A DNA stretch of 64,000 nt, taken from contig UQCS01000002.1 of assembly GCA_900539605.1 (NCBI GenBank), forward strand, positions 20,955 to 84,954, read 5' to 3'. A model generated the notes under the pieces. That model was not told the origin of the DNA. It saw nothing but the letters and a program-made list of their open reading frames with translations, and did no database searches. Of the stretch, positions 18,920-28,597 are shown in pieces (the first letter of the stretch is position 1; each line of letters begins with the position of its first letter). The stretch comes from an uncultured Azospirillum sp. (GTDB taxonomy: Bacteria > Pseudomonadota > Alphaproteobacteria > RF32 > CAG-239). Made by a program: the position numbers and the translations under genes.

Positions 18920-20761
18920 ATGAACGGAGTTATCAAAGTGATTGAAAAAGCAGCATATCTACTTTCCATTCTGATCGGAATTGTCATTGCCAATTCCTGC
19001 ACCCTTTTTAAATCGGAAACAGTGCATGTTTCCGATATCCCGGCACCGGCGGAAACGACGGCAAATCCGATGCCTACCCCGCAAGCCGCCGCAAACAACT
19101 ACGGCAGTTATCTTGCCGGACGGGTTGCACATATCCGCCATGACCTCAACACCGCCGCCGATTATTACATGGCCGCCGTCGCCAATACTCCCGACAACCA
19201 GATGCTGCCCAGCCAGTTGTATATTATTCTCACCTCTCAGGGCAGAATTGACGAAGCAATAAAATATGCCAAAATCGCTCAGGAAAAAGGCGATGAAAGT
19301 CCGTTTATCTACACCCTCGAAGCCATCCATCTGGTTAAAAACAAACAGTATCAGCAAGCGGCAGAAACCATATCCAAATGTGACAACCCGTTTGCTCAGG
19401 CCGTTTTCAACCCGTTGATCAGCGCTTGGAGTCATGCCGGCATGAACGACGGACCCGCAGCCCTCAAAGCTCTTGCGCCGCTCGGTAAGAACAAAGCCTT
19501 CAAACCGCTGTATTTTTTCCAGGCCGGCGCCATCAACGACTATCTCGGCAATACCAAAGCTGCCGCAGCGCATTACACGGCGCTGATGAATATTAAACAT
19601 ATGGAACTTGCGGTTTTTCCGCTGCAGGTGATTGCCAACTTTTATTTGCGGCAAAACGAACCCGACAAAGCCCTGTTTGCTACCCGTAATGCCGTCAACC
19701 AAAACAATCTGATGATGAAAACGGTCATTGAAAACCTCCAAAAAAGCGATTCGTCCGTTGCCCCGGTTTTAAAATCCCCCGAAATCGGACTGTCCGACGC
19801 CTTGTTCAGCATCGCCCTGCTTCTGCAACAGGACAATAACAATAATGATCTTGCCCTTTTGTTCTCCTCGCTGGCTTCATACAGCAATCCCGATTATCCG
19901 CTGCCGCTTTTGCTCACCGCCGACATGCTCGAAAAAAGGGAATTATATGCCGAAGCCAACCAAGTTTATCAGAAAGTGGCACCCGACAGTTACGCCGCTT
20001 ATACAGCATTGTTCCAACGCGGAAAAAATCTGATGCGCATGGATGACACCGCCGCTGCAGAAAAAATTTTCCGCAAACTGTACAGCGATTATCCGCCCAA
20101 CCCCGATATTTTGACCAACCTCGGCGAAGTGGCCCGCCTTAATCATAAATATGCCGAAGCGGCACAGTATTACCAAAAGGCGATTGAGCTCTACCCCAGC
20201 GAAACTGTTGCCGAAGTCTGGCCGCTCTACTTTGCTATCGGGGTTTCTTATGACGCCGCCGGCGATCACGATACCGCCGAACGCTATTTCCGCAAAGTTC
20301 TGCAGCTTCGGCCCAACCGCATGACAAAAAATCATCTCGGATACATTTTGCTGCAGCAAAACAAAAATATTGAAGAGGCTTTTGAATTGATTGTTTCCGC
20401 TTATGCACCTGCTGCCGCCGAAGGAACCATCACTGACAGCGTCGGTTGGGCTTTTTACAAAATCGGCGAATATGAGCGGGCGGTGGAATATCTGGAAAAA
20501 GCTTCCGATCAGGCTTCTTCCGAAGCTCTGATTTATGATCATCTCGGAGATGCCTACTGGCAAATCGGTCGCAGACGGGAAGCCGTTTTTCAGTGGAATC
20601 ATGCTCTGGGCTTAAAAGACAATACCGGAGAATTTGATCGTGACGCCACTCTCAAAAAACTAGAAAACGGCCTTGATAAACCGCTTATCCCGTTCTATGA
20701 CCGCTCTAAAATCGAACAGCAGATCAAGGTGCTGGAGTTCAAGGAAAAGCAGGCGGAATAA
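18920..20761 (+). CDS. TPR-repeat protein, probable lipoprotein/secreted
   Basis: N-terminal hydrophobic segment ending in ANSC. Repeated TPR-like A..Y...A/Y..AL patterns throughout its 613 aa. Confidence 0.7.
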   Translation: MNGVIKVIEKAAYLLSILIGIVIANSCTLFKSETVHVSDIPAPAETTANPMPTPQAAANNYGSYLAGRVAHIRHDLNTAADYYMAAVANTPDNQMLPSQLYIILTSQGRIDEAIKYAKIAQEKGDESPFIYTLEAIHLVKNKQYQQAAETISKCDNPFAQAVFNPLISAWSHAGMNDGPAALKALAPLGKNKAFKPLYFFQAGAINDYLGNTKAAAAHYTALMNIKHMELAVFPLQVIANFYLRQNEPDKALFATRNAVNQNNLMMKTVIENLQKSDSSVAPVLKSPEIGLSDALFSIALLLQQDNNNNDLALLFSSLASYSNPDYPLPLLLTADMLEKRELYAEANQVYQKVAPDSYAAYTALFQRGKNLMRMDDTAAAEKIFRKLYSDYPPNPDILTNLGEVARLNHKYAEAAQYYQKAIELYPSETVAEVWPLYFAIGVSYDAAGDHDTAERYFRKVLQLRPNRMTKNHLGYILLQQNKNIEEAFELIVSAYAPAAAEGTITDSVGWAFYKIGEYERAVEYLEKASDQASSEALIYDHLGDAYWQIGRRREAVFQWNHALGLKDNTGEFDRDATLKKLENGLDKPLIPFYDRSKIEQQIKVLEFKEKQAE

Positions 20762-20776
20762 ACACGCCACGTCATA

Positions 20777-20808
20777 TAAAAATGCGGCTTATTCAGCCGC
20801 ATTTTTTA
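20777..20808. terminator. bidirectional terminator between the TPR gene (+) and the DUF1150 gene (-)
   Basis: AATGCGGCT-TATTC-AGCCGCATT hairpin with an A-run before and a T-run after. Confidence 0.65.
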
Positions 20809-20848
20809 CATTCGTTTCCAACCGTTCGCCGAAACATCAGCTTACAAA

Positions 20849-21085
20849 TCAATGAACGCTTTTGGGATCAAGATCGTTCTGTCGCGCCAAAATAAAGGCA
20901 AAATCCCGGCTGTCGGCAATTGCCAGCTGCGTTCCGTCAGCGGTATAGATTTTCCACACTTCATTATCGGAGATTTTGTCGCTTTTGATAAAAGCAACTT
21001 CCTGATCCCCCCAACTCAACATCGCTTCATAATCTTCTTCCGTAAGCAACGCCCGGCGGTTTTCCTGCAGCATATCTTTTTTCAT
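20849..21085 (-). CDS. DUF1150 family protein
   Basis: 78 aa. VAFIK...VWKIYTADGTQLAIADSRDFAFILARQNDLDPKSVH matches the DUF1150 pattern, including the terminal SVH. Confidence 0.75.
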   Translation of the reverse strand: MKKDMLQENRRALLTEEDYEAMLSWGDQEVAFIKSDKISDNEVWKIYTADGTQLAIADSRDFAFILARQNDLDPKSVH

Positions 21086-21253
21086 TTTAACGCCCTATAC
21101 AAAAATTTTCATTCGTCTGCTTTTATATATACTCCTCTTATTAACATTTGGCTAATAAAAAATGCATTTTTTTCCAAAGGATTGCAGAAATAATTTGCCA
21201 AAAAAGAATTTAGGGTTTATACACTTAGCTAAAAAACAATGAGGTAACAATTT

Positions 21254-21472
21254 ATGAAAGAAGAATTGCTGGAGTTGGCCGGTACAGTTATTGAAAAACT
21301 GCCTAATGCCATGTTCAGGGTAAAATTGGAAAACGGCGTCGAAATTCTGGCTCATACCGCCGGAAAAATGCGCAAATTCCGCATTCGGGTTATGGTCGGA
21401 GACAAAGTTGACATCGAAATGACCCCTTATGACTTAACCAAAGGTCGAATCACTTTCCGCCACAAAGACTGA
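21254..21472 (+). CDS. infA: translation initiation factor IF-1
   Basis: 72 aa: [48 protein letters not shown]. Confidence 0.97.
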   Translation: MKEELLELAGTVIEKLPNAMFRVKLENGVEILAHTAGKMRKFRIRVMVGDKVDIEMTPYDLTKGRITFRHKD

Positions 21473-21490
21473 CGGAAACAAGCTATTGAC

Positions 21491-21522
21491 GACAAAACCC
21501 GGCATCGCCGGGTTTTGTCTTG
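21491..21522. terminator. hairpin terminator between convergent infA and the DedA-family gene
   Basis: GACAAAACCCGGC-ATC-GCCGGGTTTTGTC perfect 13-bp stem. Confidence 0.65.
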
Positions 21523-21550
21523 ATCTCATACTTACGAACCGTTAACTTTC

Positions 21551-22135
21551 TTACAGATATTTTATCGCGGCAAAACCGCCGATTAACAGCAACAAAAACA
21601 ACACTGAAAGTATTCCCAAATTCTTTTCGATAAAAGTCCGGATCGGTTCGCCGAATTTTTTTAACAACCAGGCTACGATAAAAAAGCGCAAGCCGCGCGC
21701 TGCCACCGAAGCCAGCCCGAAAACCCACAGATTCAGATCAACCGCACCGCTGGCAATCGTAATTACTTTATAGGGAAACGGCGTAATCCCGGCTCCAAAA
21801 ACGATCCACGCCCCCCATTCATGGTAATATCCCTTAAAAACGTCAAACTGGTGACTGTAACCATAGAAATCCAAAATCGGCCGCGCAATCAGATCATATC
21901 CGTAAAAACCGATCGCATAGCCGAAATAGCCGCCGATCACACTTGCGGCCGTTGCCAAACCGGCAATATGCCACGCCTTTTTCGGCGTTGCCAGCACCAT
22001 CGGGATCAACATAATATCAGGGGGGATCGGGAAAAAAGAACTCTCCATAAACGATACAACCAACAATATCGGCAGCGCATAAGGTCCCGAAGCCGCATTA
22101 ATCAGCCAATCGTACATTTTTCTCAAATATTTCAT
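21551..22135 (-). CDS. DedA/YqaA family membrane protein
   Basis: 194 aa, multi-TM. FMESSFFPIPPDIML is the typical YqaA/DedA (SNARE-associated) motif. Confidence 0.8.
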   Translation of the reverse strand: MKYLRKMYDWLINAASGPYALPILLVVSFMESSFFPIPPDIMLIPMVLATPKKAWHIAGLATAASVIGGYFGYAIGFYGYDLIARPILDFYGYSHQFDVFKGYYHEWGAWIVFGAGITPFPYKVITIASGAVDLNLWVFGLASVAARGLRFFIVAWLLKKFGEPIRTFIEKNLGILSVLFLLLLIGGFAAIKYL

Positions 22136-22180
22136 CAGTCAACACCCTGTCATATTTATAAGTCAGGGTTATAACACAAC

Positions 22181-22804
22181 TTATTTGAGAAACGAAAATA
22201 ATTTTTGCAGATTATTGCGATTTTCCACATAAAAAGTGTTTTTAAAGCCAATCTCACTTTTTATTTTATCATAATCCTCTTCCGCACTGTGGACAATTAG
22301 CGCCTGCGGCGCATTGCGCTGCAAAAACATTTTGGCCCCATGGGCGTCATAAACTTTGAAATAAGAAACGCGGAACTCGTCCATGCCGTTGAAGTCCTTG
22401 TCCGAATAAGGAAGGTTATCCTCCAACAACAGCACCCGGTAACCGGCACCGCCTTTAAAATAAGCATCGACAATCTCAAGCAACTGATCCGCATCCTGTC
22501 GGGCAACATAATGAGCTGCACCTTTAATAACATCGGGCGAAGCCTCAGCGTTCAGCATGACGGCCGGTGCTTCGTCCAAATAGCGGTTGGCAACAAGGTA
22601 GTTTAACACCTGCCAGGCATCGACATTTTCGGCTTCGTTGTCAACCACATATAATCGCGGCTGAAGTTCCGGCGCATAACGGATCAGCTTATACGCATTG
22701 TCGGTGGCAAAAACCTCATACCCATGCTCCTCCAACAAATGCTGGTAACGGCTGTTCAGACCGTTATTGCCGTCAATCATAAAGATGCGCCCCGTCTGCT
22801 CCAT
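22181..22804 (-). CDS. protein with two degenerate receiver (REC)-like domains, no output domain
   Basis: RIFMIDGNN...LYVVDNE and RVLLLEDNL...ALIVHS resemble CheY-like beta1 and beta3 strands. The second domain has His where the phospho-Asp is expected. Confidence 0.45.
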   Translation of the reverse strand: MEQTGRIFMIDGNNGLNSRYQHLLEEHGYEVFATDNAYKLIRYAPELQPRLYVVDNEAENVDAWQVLNYLVANRYLDEAPAVMLNAEASPDVIKGAAHYVARQDADQLLEIVDAYFKGGAGYRVLLLEDNLPYSDKDFNGMDEFRVSYFKVYDAHGAKMFLQRNAPQALIVHSAEEDYDKIKSEIGFKNTFYVENRNNLQKLFSFLK

Positions 22805-22866
22805 GTTTTTATTCCCTTTTCGGCATGATGAATAAACAACTCAGAGTCTATATAATATTTCTGCGT

Positions 22867-23721
22867 CTATTTTTTAAGATTGTTATTTTGGTTTAGATAA
22901 GCCCGACAGGTATTGTCGAGCAGCATGGCAATTGTCATCGGACCGACCCCGCCAGGCACCGGCGTAATATAAGCAGCCTGCTCTTTTACTTCCTCAAAGT
23001 CAACGTCCCCGCACAATTTTCCGTCGATCCGGTTGATGCCGACATCAATCACCGTCGCCCCTTTTTTAACCCAGTCTTTTTTCACCAGTCGCGGACATCC
23101 GCAAGCCGCCACCAAAATATCGGCCTGCCGCGTAATCTCCGACAATCCGACAGTCTTGCTGTGGGCTACGGTTACCGTACAGTGATGGTTGAGCAAAAGA
23201 GAAGCCAACGGACGACCGACAATGTTGGAACGACCGATAATAACCGCGTGTTTGCCGCTCAAATCACCGAGATGTTGCTGCAAAAGATACAAAATGCCCT
23301 TCGGAGTTGCCGCTACCATGGCGCGCGGATCATTTTCATGCAGCAACCCGGCATTATAAGGGCCAAAACCGTCCACATCCTTTTCGTGAGCAATTGTTTC
23401 GATAATTCTTGAGCTGTCAATATGGCGCGGCAGCGGCATTTGCACCAAGATACCGTTCACCCCCCGATCTTCGTTCAAGCGCCGGATTAAAGCGGACAAT
23501 TCGGATTCGGTCGTTGTTTCGGGCAAATGATGAATATCGCATTTCATCCCCATTTCCAAAGCCGCTTTTTGCTTATTGCGATCATAAATAAGGCTGGCCG
23601 GATCATTCCCGACCAAAATGACCGCCAGATAGGGCTTGACCTGCCATTCCGAAATCTTTTCCGTCAACCGGTCACGCAATTCCCGCGCCGCCGTTTTGCC
23701 GTCAATAATCTGCGCCGTCAT
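22867..23721 (-). CDS. folD: bifunctional methylenetetrahydrofolate dehydrogenase/cyclohydrolase
   Basis: 284 aa with IIDGK, LAVILVGNDPAS, VIIGRSNIVGRP and TPVPGGVGPMT. Confidence 0.95.
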   Translation of the reverse strand: MTAQIIDGKTAARELRDRLTEKISEWQVKPYLAVILVGNDPASLIYDRNKQKAALEMGMKCDIHHLPETTTESELSALIRRLNEDRGVNGILVQMPLPRHIDSSRIIETIAHEKDVDGFGPYNAGLLHENDPRAMVAATPKGILYLLQQHLGDLSGKHAVIIGRSNIVGRPLASLLLNHHCTVTVAHSKTVGLSEITRQADILVAACGCPRLVKKDWVKKGATVIDVGINRIDGKLCGDVDFEEVKEQAAYITPVPGGVGPMTIAMLLDNTCRAYLNQNNNLKK

Positions 23722-24034
23722 GTCGATTCTCCTTTACCCATATTTCCATCTGTCTTAAAACATTTTGCCGGTCACCGGTAATCAGAATTTTCTTATAATG
23801 GGAAATTTCGCCGCTGACAAGTTCTAATTCCGATTTGGCAACTTTCAATTTTGTACTCAGAAATTTGATTAATTCGCGGTTGGCATGCCCTTTTTCCGGA
23901 ACGCTGATAACGCTGATTTTCAAATATGCCATTCCCTTCTCGTCGACAAAGATGCCTTTTACCGCCGCAGCGGCCGCATTCGGCGTCAAGCGCACCCGCA
24001 GAACAATTCCGTCATCCGTTTCTGTAAAAAACAT
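23702..24034 (-). CDS. yggU: DUF167 (YggU) family protein
   Basis: 110 aa with LRVRLTPNA...ISV...PEKGHANRELIKFLS. Overlaps the folD start by 20 nt. Confidence 0.8.
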   Translation of the reverse strand: MFFTETDDGIVLRVRLTPNAAAAAVKGIFVDEKGMAYLKISVISVPEKGHANRELIKFLSTKLKVAKSELELVSGEISHYKKILITGDRQNVLRQMEIWVKENRHDGADY

Positions 24035-24099
24035 TTTTTTCCTTTTAAAAGTATAATCGGGCAGCCATAGCCGCCCGACCTGTTTTTCGAGTTCACCGG

Positions 24100-24399
24100 T
24101 TACATCAGCATCACGTCAAGCCGATAGATGAAACGGCTTAAAAACAACAATGCCATCAGCAAAATAAACGGAGAGAAGTCCACTCCCGAAAAGGCGGGAA
24201 CTTTTTCCGAAATTTTCTTATAAACCGGCTGGGTAACCTTGGTTAAAATTTCGACTGCCTTAGCCACATAAACGTTCTTAACGTCCAAAATTTTGAAATA
24301 AATCAGCCAGTGAACGGCAACTTCCGCCAAGACGACCGTAAAATAGATATCCACGATGATTCCAAGCATCCACACAAACGGTTCAAGCAAAGCACCCAT
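24100..24399 (-). CDS. yggT: YggT family membrane protein
   Basis: 99 aa, two or three TM helices, classical position next to yggU. Confidence 0.7.
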   Translation of the reverse strand: MGALLEPFVWMLGIIVDIYFTVVLAEVAVHWLIYFKILDVKNVYVAKAVEILTKVTQPVYKKISEKVPAFSGVDFSPFILLMALLFLSRFIYRLDVMLM

Positions 24400-24471
24400 A
24401 AAAAATTCTCCTCATAATTTTAAAACATTGCAGGGTTAATTTAAACAATTCCCGATCAATTGTCCAGTTTT

Positions 24472-25587
24472 TTATGCATATTGCCGCCGGGTTGCCGACA
24501 ACGAATTATAATGCATGCTGCTAAAAGCCCGCGCCCGATCCATCGTATAACCGGACGGACGGCTTTTCAGCGGTGGGCGGCGGCCGGAAAGACGGGCAAT
24601 ATGATCGCGGATATCTTCCTCAGTCTGCAACGCCGGTTGGACCTCGTCAATCTTTTCGATAAACTCTTCGGCAGCGCTGCGTTCATACGACTGCATCCGA
24701 TCGTCATCCCAGTGAAAAAGGATTTCTTCTTTCAGAGAATCGTTAAAGCTGAAATTCAATTCGGTAATTTCGTTTGCTTCGCCCTGATAAATACGGTTTT
24801 CTTCGTCGGAACGGCGTAGATCGTCATCTTCGTACTGTTCGTAAAAATCATCATAATCGTCGTCCAGATCGTCATCATCGCCGTGATACATATTAAGTTT
24901 CTGCAAAGTACGCTTGGACATGTTCCAACGCGGCGGACGTTTCATAAACTCTCGCATCGCCGCAACATAGACGACTGCCTTTTTGTAGTCGTTTTCTTTT
25001 TTCTTAATATCGACTTCCTGCGGCTTGTCCGCCTTGTTGGCGGTACTTTCTTTGATGGCATTGCGAATCTGACGCAACTTAACCAGTTTATTGTAAATAT
25101 CCGCATATTTTTTCTTGGCTTCGGGGAAGGCACTGCCCTGATACAAACCGAGACAGGTCAGTATTTCCGCCTCACGGGAATAAGACATTTCAATCCAATC
25201 GTTGCGTTCTTTTAGGTCGTCTTCGGATACAAAACCATCATTCATATGCTGCATGATCTCCGAACTCTCGGTAAACCAGCTGAAATATTCCTGTGAAGAA
25301 GAAGTTTCGGAACTGATCATTTCCAAAGATTCGGCAATCTGAAACTGCAAATCGGCGACTTTAATTTCATCATTGCCGATTTTAATTGTTGACTTTTTGG
25401 GCGCCAACACCAATTCGCGGGTGACCTTTTCAGCCTGCATACGGTCCATATCGGGATATTCACGCTGAACTGCCCGTTGAATAATATTCTTCGGGCTGTC
25501 GAGACGATCCTGTCGTCCCAGCTGAATCCGCCGCAGACGTTCCAGCCTTTCCTGCTGTGCCATTCTGCTTTTTTCAGTTTCTTCCAT
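24472..25587 (-). CDS. highly charged cytoplasmic protein of unknown function (371 aa)
   Basis: Start moved to the ATG at 25587 with AGGAGG 7 nt upstream, 16 nt after the TerB-like gene. Asp-rich tract HGDDDDLDDDYDDFYEQYEDDD. No TM segment and no recognised motif. Confidence 0.65.
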   Translation of the reverse strand: MEETEKSRMAQQERLERLRRIQLGRQDRLDSPKNIIQRAVQREYPDMDRMQAEKVTRELVLAPKKSTIKIGNDEIKVADLQFQIAESLEMISSETSSSQEYFSWFTESSEIMQHMNDGFVSEDDLKERNDWIEMSYSREAEILTCLGLYQGSAFPEAKKKYADIYNKLVKLRQIRNAIKESTANKADKPQEVDIKKKENDYKKAVVYVAAMREFMKRPPRWNMSKRTLQKLNMYHGDDDDLDDDYDDFYEQYEDDDLRRSDEENRIYQGEANEITELNFSFNDSLKEEILFHWDDDRMQSYERSAAEEFIEKIDEVQPALQTEEDIRDHIARLSGRRPPLKSRPSGYTMDRARAFSSMHYNSLSATRRQYA

Positions 25588-25603
25588 GATAAAACCTCCT
25601 GGT

Positions 25604-26047
25604 TTACGCTTGACTTCCGACTTCTTCGAAAATAATTTTAGCTTCTTCGGCAAGAATAATTTTATCAATAACCCAATTGCTGATCTGTTCAATTTTATCC
25701 AACTCAACGTTCATCGCCTGCCCGACCCGGCCGATAAACAGCGTTTCTTCGTCAGTCAGGACATCGTCGGCATGTGCCAAAACACATAATTCTTTGATCA
25801 GTTCCAACGCAATCCGGCGGTTTTTAATTTTTTTGACTTCTTCAATAATCGCATCGTCATCTTCGCAGTTTAACACTTCGTCAAGACGGTTTTCCGATAT
25901 TTCATAGGTTTTGGCCAAATTCTTTACAAAACGTTTTTCGTTTTCATCGAAATAGCCGTCAGCACAGGCCAGACGGACAAACGCCTTCAGATAGGCAACC
26001 CGCGTTTCTTCATCCAGTTTAAGCATTTCTTCCAAGTGCTGATCCAT
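25604..26047 (-). CDS. TerB-like (tellurite-resistance TerB fold) protein
   Basis: 147 aa, acidic and helical. Two repeated motifs, ADGYFDENEKRFV and ADDVLTDEETLFI, as in TerB/co-chaperone DjlA N-terminal domains. Confidence 0.6.
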   Translation of the reverse strand: MDQHLEEMLKLDEETRVAYLKAFVRLACADGYFDENEKRFVKNLAKTYEISENRLDEVLNCEDDDAIIEEVKKIKNRRIALELIKELCVLAHADDVLTDEETLFIGRVGQAMNVELDKIEQISNWVIDKIILAEEAKIIFEEVGSQA

Positions 26048-26199
26048 CAGAATTCTCCCAAAAAAATTAATTTAACCGCTTATTTTTTCCTTATGATAAC
26101 AAAGAGCCGTCTAATTGGCAACAAAAAAACACTTTTTACGCCAAAAAAATGACAAAATTTCTAAAAAAGCAAATTTTCCTTCCGCAAAAGAAAAAACAT

Positions 26200-26228
26200 T
26201 TGAAAATCTTTCCGTTTGAAGCTAATAT
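26200..26228 (+). promoter_or_regulatory. sigma70-like promoter for miaB (TTGAAA-17 nt-TAATAT)
   Basis: TTGAAA at 26200-26205 and TAATAT at 26223-26228. Lies downstream of the track ATG at 26149, which argues for the later GTG start. Confidence 0.45.
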
Positions 26229-26268
26229 ACGTCTGTTTAACACAATTTTAGAGGACATCCGAGACAAG

Positions 26269-27606
26269 GTGAAATACTATATCAAAACCTTTGGCTGCCA
26301 GATGAATGTTTACGATTCTCAGCGCATTGCCCACATTCTGCAAAACATGGGACACACGGCCGCCGACGCCCCCGCGGATGCGGACATAATCATCTTCAAC
26401 ACTTGTCATATCCGCGAAAAAGCCGCCGAAAAGTTGTTTTCCGATCTCGGACGTATTAATCTGATCAAAGAAGAACGTCAGGCCGCCGGTAAAGAAACAA
26501 TCATCGGCGTCGTCGGCTGCGTTGTTCAGGCCGAAGACGAACAAATCGCCAAACGCGCCCCCTTTGTCAATTTTGCCACCGGTCCGCTGACTTATTACCG
26601 TATTCCCGAAATCTTGGGCAAAATCGCACAACAGAAAAATATTTGTCTGATCGATACCGAATTCACTTCGGAGAGCAAATTCGACCATCTGCCGCAAAAC
26701 CGGGCCGAGGGCGGATGTTCCTATCTTGCCATTCAGGAAGGCTGCAACAATTTCTGCACTTATTGCATTGTTCCTTATACCCGCGGCGTTGAGACTTCTC
26801 GTCCGGTGGAAGAAGTGTTGAAAGAAGCCCGCCGGCTGGTCGAAACCGGAACTCTCGAAATCAACCTGCTGGGGCAAAATGTCAATGCCTATCACGGCGA
26901 AGACGCCGCCGGCAGGGAAAGAGACCTCGCTTATCTGCTGCACCGTCTGGCCGAAATTGACGGTTTGCAACGTCTTCGTTACACAACTTCCTATCCTGCT
27001 GACGTCAACGATGACCTGATCGCCTGCCACCGGGACTTAAAAAAACTGATGCCTTACCTGCATTTACCTCTGCAATCGGGGTCGGACCGCATCCTGAAGG
27101 CTATGAACCGCCGCCACAACCGCGGGCAATATCTCGACATCATCGCCAAACTGCGTGATGCCAACCCCGAACTGGGCTTCTCCTCCGATTTTATCGTCGG
27201 TTTTCCCGGTGAAACCGATCAAGATTTTGAAGCCACTCTCAACATGGTGGAACAAGTCGGCTACATTCAGGCATTTTCATTTAAATACAGCCGCCGCGCC
27301 GGTACCCCGGCCGCGGTCTATCCCGGTCAGATTGACGAAAAAATCAAATCGGAACGTTTAAACATCCTGCAGGAAAAATTATTTTCCCAGCAGTTAAACT
27401 TTAATAAAGGATGTATCGGTAGAATTATGCCGGTACTTTTTGAGAGCAAAGGCAGAAAAAAAGGCCAGCTGTTCGGCAGAACTCCGTATATGCAAAATCT
27501 GCATGCCCAGGTTCCGCCGGAACTGATCAACCACATTCTGCCGGTGCGCGTCACCGATGCCACCACAAACTCGCTTGGCGGAACCATTATTCAACAATCA
27601 GATTAA
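26269..27606 (+). CDS. miaB: tRNA-i6A37 methylthiotransferase
   Basis: KYYIKTFGCQMN N-terminus, radical-SAM motif CNNFCTYCIVPYTRG, C-terminal TRAM region. The GTG start at 26269 is inferred; the track ORF starts at 26149. Confidence 0.9.
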   Translation: MKYYIKTFGCQMNVYDSQRIAHILQNMGHTAADAPADADIIIFNTCHIREKAAEKLFSDLGRINLIKEERQAAGKETIIGVVGCVVQAEDEQIAKRAPFVNFATGPLTYYRIPEILGKIAQQKNICLIDTEFTSESKFDHLPQNRAEGGCSYLAIQEGCNNFCTYCIVPYTRGVETSRPVEEVLKEARRLVETGTLEINLLGQNVNAYHGEDAAGRERDLAYLLHRLAEIDGLQRLRYTTSYPADVNDDLIACHRDLKKLMPYLHLPLQSGSDRILKAMNRRHNRGQYLDIIAKLRDANPELGFSSDFIVGFPGETDQDFEATLNMVEQVGYIQAFSFKYSRRAGTPAAVYPGQIDEKIKSERLNILQEKLFSQQLNFNKGCIGRIMPVLFESKGRKKGQLFGRTPYMQNLHAQVPPELINHILPVRVTDATTNSLGGTIIQQSD

Positions 27607-27616
27607 AGGTGCAATT

Positions 27617-28597
27617 ATGGCAGAAACAGAATTAGAACTTTTTAACAATCAACTGGTTCAGCAGCTTGTCGGTCCGCAGGACGGCAACCTGAAAATCATT
27701 GAAGAGGCTTTGAACGTCGAAATTGCCACTTTCGGCAATCATATTCACATCAAAGGTGGTGACGAAGCCGTCAGTCAGGCCAAAAGTGCCATCGATTCCC
27801 TTTACTCCAAAGTCAGCCGCGGCATCGAAATCGGCGATCAGGAAGTGAGAGCCGCCGTCCGCATCAGCGGTGCTGAAACCGACCAAAAACCGAAAGTCAA
27901 TATCGACGAAATTGTTTTAAAAACCAAAAAACGTCATATCTACCCGCGCTCGGCCACACAGGCACAATATATCGTCGAAATGATGAATAACGAGTTGGTT
28001 TTCGGCCTCGGACCCGCCGGTACCGGTAAGACCTATTTGGCGGTAGCGCTGGCCGTTACCATGATGCTGGAAGGAGCAATCGACAAAATCATCCTTTCGC
28101 GTCCGGCCGTAGAAGCCGGTGAAAACCTCGGTTTTCTGCCCGGAGACCTTAAAGACAAGGTCGACCCTTATTTGCGTCCCCTTTACGACGCTTTGTATGA
28201 AATGCTTCCGGCCGAACAGGTCGACAAGAAGCTGGCTGCCGGAGAAATCGAAATTGCACCGCTGGCATTTATGCGCGGCCGCACGCTTTCCAACGCTTTC
28301 GTCATTCTGGACGAGGCTCAGAACACCACGCCGATGCAAATGAAAATGTTTCTGACCCGTCTCGGTGAAAATTCCCGCATGGTCGTTAACGGCGACTTAA
28401 GTCAGGTTGACCTGCCGCGGGGCGTTATCTCGGGCCTTCGGGACGCACTGGATACCTTGCATAATGTCAAAGGAATCGGTTCCGTCACTTTCAGCGCCAA
28501 CGACGTTGTCCGTCACGGACTGGTCGCCAAAATCGTCCGTGCTTACGAACAGAAAAACCATCAGGAAGAAAAACAGCATCATGAAAACAACAATTAA
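27617..28597 (+). CDS. phoH: PhoH family ATPase
   Basis: Walker A GPAGTGKT, ILDEAQN, and an N-terminal KH-like region. ATG at 27617. Confidence 0.9.
   Translation: MAETELELFNNQLVQQLVGPQDGNLKIIEEALNVEIATFGNHIHIKGGDEAVSQAKSAIDSLYSKVSRGIEIGDQEVRAAVRISGAETDQKPKVNIDEIVLKTKKRHIYPRSATQAQYIVEMMNNELVFGLGPAGTGKTYLAVALAVTMMLEGAIDKIILSRPAVEAGENLGFLPGDLKDKVDPYLRPLYDALYEMLPAEQVDKKLAAGEIEIAPLAFMRGRTLSNAFVILDEAQNTTPMQMKMFLTRLGENSRMVVNGDLSQVDLPRGVISGLRDALDTLHNVKGIGSVTFSANDVVRHGLVAKIVRAYEQKNHQEEKQHHENNN

Noticed and set aside
26149-26268. Upstream ATG (26149) as the miaB start; similar N-terminal extensions in the track for pbpC (3909), galE (11116), phoH (27557), ybeY (28407), rnfD (42348), rnfE (43954), trmB (33247) and the ABC gene (51744)
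   Set aside because: The extensions overlap upstream genes or promoters and lack SDs, and they precede the conserved family N-termini. The internal starts fit operon spacing. The start positions remain predictions.
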